A DNA stretch of 64,000 bases from Mytilus edulis (lineage: Eukaryota), in NCBI RefSeq assembly GCF_963676685.1, contig NC_092352.1:6200001-6264000 (forward strand). The letters run 5' to 3'. Position 1 is the stretch's first letter; every line of letters begins with the position of its first letter. Positions 60,709 through 64,000 of the stretch are shown one piece after another. Made by a program: the position numbers and the translations under genes. Below the pieces are notes generated by a model. It searched no databases and was not told the DNA's origin. It was given only the letters and a program-made list of their open reading frames with translations.

Positions 60709-62559
60709 TGTTGTACTGACTTTCTGTGCTGTGTCTGATGACTTTTAGCGCCTGGTGTAAAACAAGAGAAAGTTCTAGTAAATATTGATGTTTATTATTT
60801 GAAATCAGTAATCAAAGTGCTACAGATTTTACACAATAAAATAGCAAGTCTCACTTGATAATAAATTTAGAATTTCACAAATGAACTAAATTAAGGGACA
60901 TAACTCTATGCAAATATTAACTAATTAAATAAAACTTGCCCAAACTATATTTTATCAAGTGAAACCGCTTTACAAAACTTAACGCACAGGTTAATGCATA
61001 ATACAATATGTTAAATAAACCGAATCATTTCAACTAAAAAGAATGCTTAATTTAAAATGTTTTGTATAATAACTTGTTGCTATGGAAATAATAAACCTTT
61101 AAAATTAATAAAATCTTTGCCAAACTATTTCTATATTTAATCGCATAAAATCTAATACCAAATACAATTTATTTCTGAATAAATTGGTATGTAATATAAC
61201 TTTGCATAATTCTTTAAACAGTATTTACTCTTTTTGCAAAATATTAAAATAAAGAATATACCCATGTTGCTTAGCAACAACATGTCTTCTGTCACGAGTT
61301 CCGTGTATGAGTGTTATACAATAAAATTAACTAAATTCAATTTAAATATAAGTTCAAAAGTCAATTCAAAATGTTCAAACTATTTTGTAAACAAACTGAA
61401 ATCTTGCGGACAAGTGTCGCTTTCCAAAACCTAATTTATGAACTAAATAAGCAATCTATCTACAAAATATAAAACACAACTTACAGAAATATAAAGTAGA
61501 AAATAAGGTTTCATGTCCTTGTTATTTAGCTTTCGATCTAACTCAATAATCATTGCTTTATCAACAAAAGACATTTCTCCCGGCAAATAAAAATTACAAA
61601 TTATCTCCCCTGGACATTATAATACTTAAAAGTTAATACGGATACAATATGAAATATTTCCGAACTTTAAATAAACTTTTAAAAATAACTATTATAAAAT
61701 TAACTAAATGTTTCTAAACATAGAATAGATTTTAATTAAATAAATTCTTGAAACGTTTCTCAATTGTTTACATAAATAAAGCATCGCGTCCTAAGCGTAA
61801 CCAAGATAAAAATAATTAATCTCAATGGAAACGAAATATAATCTATACAAAATATATACAATTAATTTAAGTGAATATCATAAAATTAATTTTAACTTTA
61901 GTAAGCTTTTCCCACAATATAAAGTAATCTAAACTCTTTAACTTAAATAAAACAAAAATACAAAAAATATAATTCAACTTACCTGGTGTAAAACAAGAGA
62001 AAGTTCTAGTAAATATTGATGTTTATTATTTGAAATCAGTAATCAAAGTGACCGTTGAAAACATAAATTGTTTCCATGCGGGCGTGGTCACATGATCACT
62101 GATTTCTAAACTTTCTCCTGTTTTCACCAATCAAAAATTACCTTGTAAAACTCCCTTGACCACAACCTATTTTCGCTGGTTGGTCAATAATCCAGTCATG
62201 GGTGACAGGTGTTATAAACAATTTCACACATGAGTAATAGGAAAAGGTTGTTTAACAAAAGCCTTAATTTACATGTAAGGTACATAATCCAAAGTAAATA
62301 ATTTAGCACTTACATGTCTCTTTGTTATCCGTCTTAATTACGTAATCTAAATATTAAAGTTGTATGTCATTCTTCTTTATCAAAAATTAACATTCCAAAA
62401 ATAATGTAACTTATGTAAGGAGAAATTTTAGAAAATAAAATAAAATTTAAACTTCAAAATACTTTAACTCAAATTGTAAAAATTGAATAATTTTCACTTA
62501 AGTTTTGGTCTTGTTATAGAAAAATTATGAATTGCCAAAGACAAAATTTTAATATAACA
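60709..62559 (-). repeat. 5' LTR of the gypsy element (1851 bp)
   Basis: Direct repeat of 52316-54165, adjacent to the PBS. Its terminal 49 bp (62511-62559) are inverted relative to the other LTR. Confidence 0.96.
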
Positions 62560-62759
62560 AAAGTACAATTCAAAAGTGTGCTAGTGAGAATAGACAATGC
62601 AACTGTCGTCAGTTATCTGAACTAACAGGGAGGTACCCGATCCCCAGACCTTTATTACTTGGCATGGGATCTTTGAAATGGTGTATAAATCACAATGTCA
62701 AAATCCAAGCTGTTCATATTCCTGGGAAAAAGAATATTATAGCAGATGCCCTGTCAAGG

Positions 62760-63230
62760 GGGAAATGATCGTTCATTTGACAGAATGGGCATTAAATATG
62801 ACAATAGTGAATTTGTTGTTCCTTAAGCTAGGAACACCAGTAATAGATCTGTTTTCGACTTCAATAAACAAGAAGCTGCCAGTGTTTTGCTCTCCTTGGC
62901 CGAAAGAAACAGCAGTGTCAATAGATGCGCTGTCGATAAAATGGACAAATCTATTTGCTTATGCCTTCCCGCCACCGATAATTCTAAACAGAATATTACA
63001 AAAAATACAGAAAGAGGACTGTGTAATTTTACTGATAGCGCCAATGTGGCCGAGACAGTCGTGGTACAGTCAACTTATCAACCTGTTAATAGACTTTCCA
63101 ATACAACTGCCTGTCCAACAAAATCTATTAAGTCAAAATGGAATTCTTCATCCAAATGCAAGTGTTTTAAATCTTGTAGCTTGGAAAGTGTCAAAAGATC
63201 TTACACTGCAAAAGGATTTTCACCAAATAT
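62760..63230 (+). pseudogene. DIRS-encoded Dam-like DNA adenine methyltransferase domain
   Basis: Within ORF 62678-63280: DLF motif, DAL..W, YAFPPP (NPP[YF]-like catalytic motif), P.WP.Q.WY; located between RNase H and YR as in DIRS1 elements. Confidence 0.75.
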
Positions 63231-63869
63231 TGCTTCAATATTTCCAATGCACGAAAACAATCTACACAGACAGTTTATAATGCAAGACTCAAGCTATTTG
63301 ACAGCTGGTGTCAAGAACGGGGTATCAATCCCAGTACGTCAACTGTGCCAGAAATAGCTGAATTTCTTATGTTTTTACATACTGTAAAGAATTGTAAGCC
63401 AATCACTTTAGCTGGTTACAAGTCAGCAATAGCTTTAATACATTCATCTAAAGATAGAATTTCTATTAACAAGGATTTGCGTAATTTAATTAAAGGATTG
63501 TACAACATTAATCCACCAATAAGGCAGTTGGCGCCAAATTGGGATTTGCCGTATGTTTTGCTAATGTTGACAAAGACACCTTTCGAACCACTAGAGGAAG
63601 CAGAATTGAAATATTTTACCTTGAAGACAGTTTTTCTTTTGGCATTAGCTTCTGCTGCAAGAGTCAGTGAATTACACAGTTTCACTATTAAAGACAAACA
63701 TTTCAGAAAAGAGCAAAGAGGTATACGGTTGTTGCCAAATATGCAGTTTCTTGCTAAAATTCAAACTTTGAATAAATCTTGGGAACCAGTATTCATTCCC
63801 AAAATCGAAAACTATGCTGCAGATCCAAACGATTTACTGCTGTGCCCTTGTAGAGCACTACCACTCTAA
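63200..63869 (+). pseudogene. Tyrosine recombinase, frameshifted and C-terminally truncated
   Basis: N-terminal SAM-like part (IAEFLMFLH...TLAGYKSAI) and ARVSEL catalytic Arg box are present; HxxR and Tyr boxes are absent. Confidence 0.8.
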
Positions 63870-64000
63870 GACATAAGCCCGGATTTCCTTATATTTTTCT
63901 ATAAATTTATCTCAGCATGTTATCAGTAATCAGTTAGATATAAATTATGTGGACACACTTGTTTAGTGGTTCACTTAATTAATTATAACCAGATGTTGAT

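Larger units (their letters stand above)
52316..62559 (-). mobile_element. Full-length Ty3/gypsy LTR retrotransposon (10,244 bp) with chromodomain integrase, recently inserted
   Basis: LTRs at 52316-54165 and 60709-62559 (offset 8393), termini TGTTGTA...TATAACA, target duplication AAAG (52312-52315, 62560-62563), PBS and PPT present, intact gag and PR-RT-RH-IN ORFs in gypsy order. Confidence 0.97.
62560..63869 (+). mobile_element. Decayed DIRS1-like retroelement, 3' part (RNase H end, Dam-like methyltransferase, truncated tyrosine recombinase)
   Basis: VRIDNATVVSYLN*QGGTRS, HIPGKKNIIADALSR; MT IDLFST...DAL...W...YAFPPP...IAPMWPRQSWY; YR LTLK-type FTLKTVFLLALASAARVSELH ... LCPCRAL, after which similarity stops. 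Confidence 0.9.

Noticed and set aside
63345-63869. DIRS tyrosine recombinase acting as the invertase for the LTR terminal inversion
   Set aside because: This copy lacks the HxxR and Tyr boxes and was likely dead before the gypsy arrived; the inverted segment does not look like paired YR sites. Action in trans cannot be excluded but has no support.

Overview
AT-rich, intron-containing animal DNA. The repeat families resemble those of a bivalve mollusc, probably Mytilus (inference). Contents in order: (1) a repeat-dense region (1-9.6 kb) with Helentron/HINE-type elements, MITEs and a hammerhead-ribozyme retrozyme copy; (2) three tandem, apparently intact 8-exon acid lipase genes (LIPA/gastric lipase family) on + at 9707-14428, 19310-26571 and 28762-41832, with introns full of minisatellites and MITEs; (3) a 5-exon histone H2A.Z/H2A.V gene on - at 44210-46860; (4) a decayed DIRS-type retroelement on + (gag, RT, RNase H, Dam-like methyltransferase, tyrosine recombinase), split inside RNase H by a very young, intact 10.2-kb Ty3/gypsy element on - at 52316-62559. 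The gypsy element is the most unusual object. Its two otherwise apparently identical 1.85-kb LTRs carry a terminal 48-bp imperfect hairpin in opposite (flip/flop) orientations. Each LTR holds a 1231-nt GT-AG intron-like unit bounded by a perfect 69-bp direct repeat, plus a long U3-R hairpin that loops out the AATAAA. Gag and pol are in frame across one UAG followed by an 8-nt spacer and a stem (MLV-like readthrough), and the integrase ends in a chromodomain. All coordinates and comparisons were made by eye.
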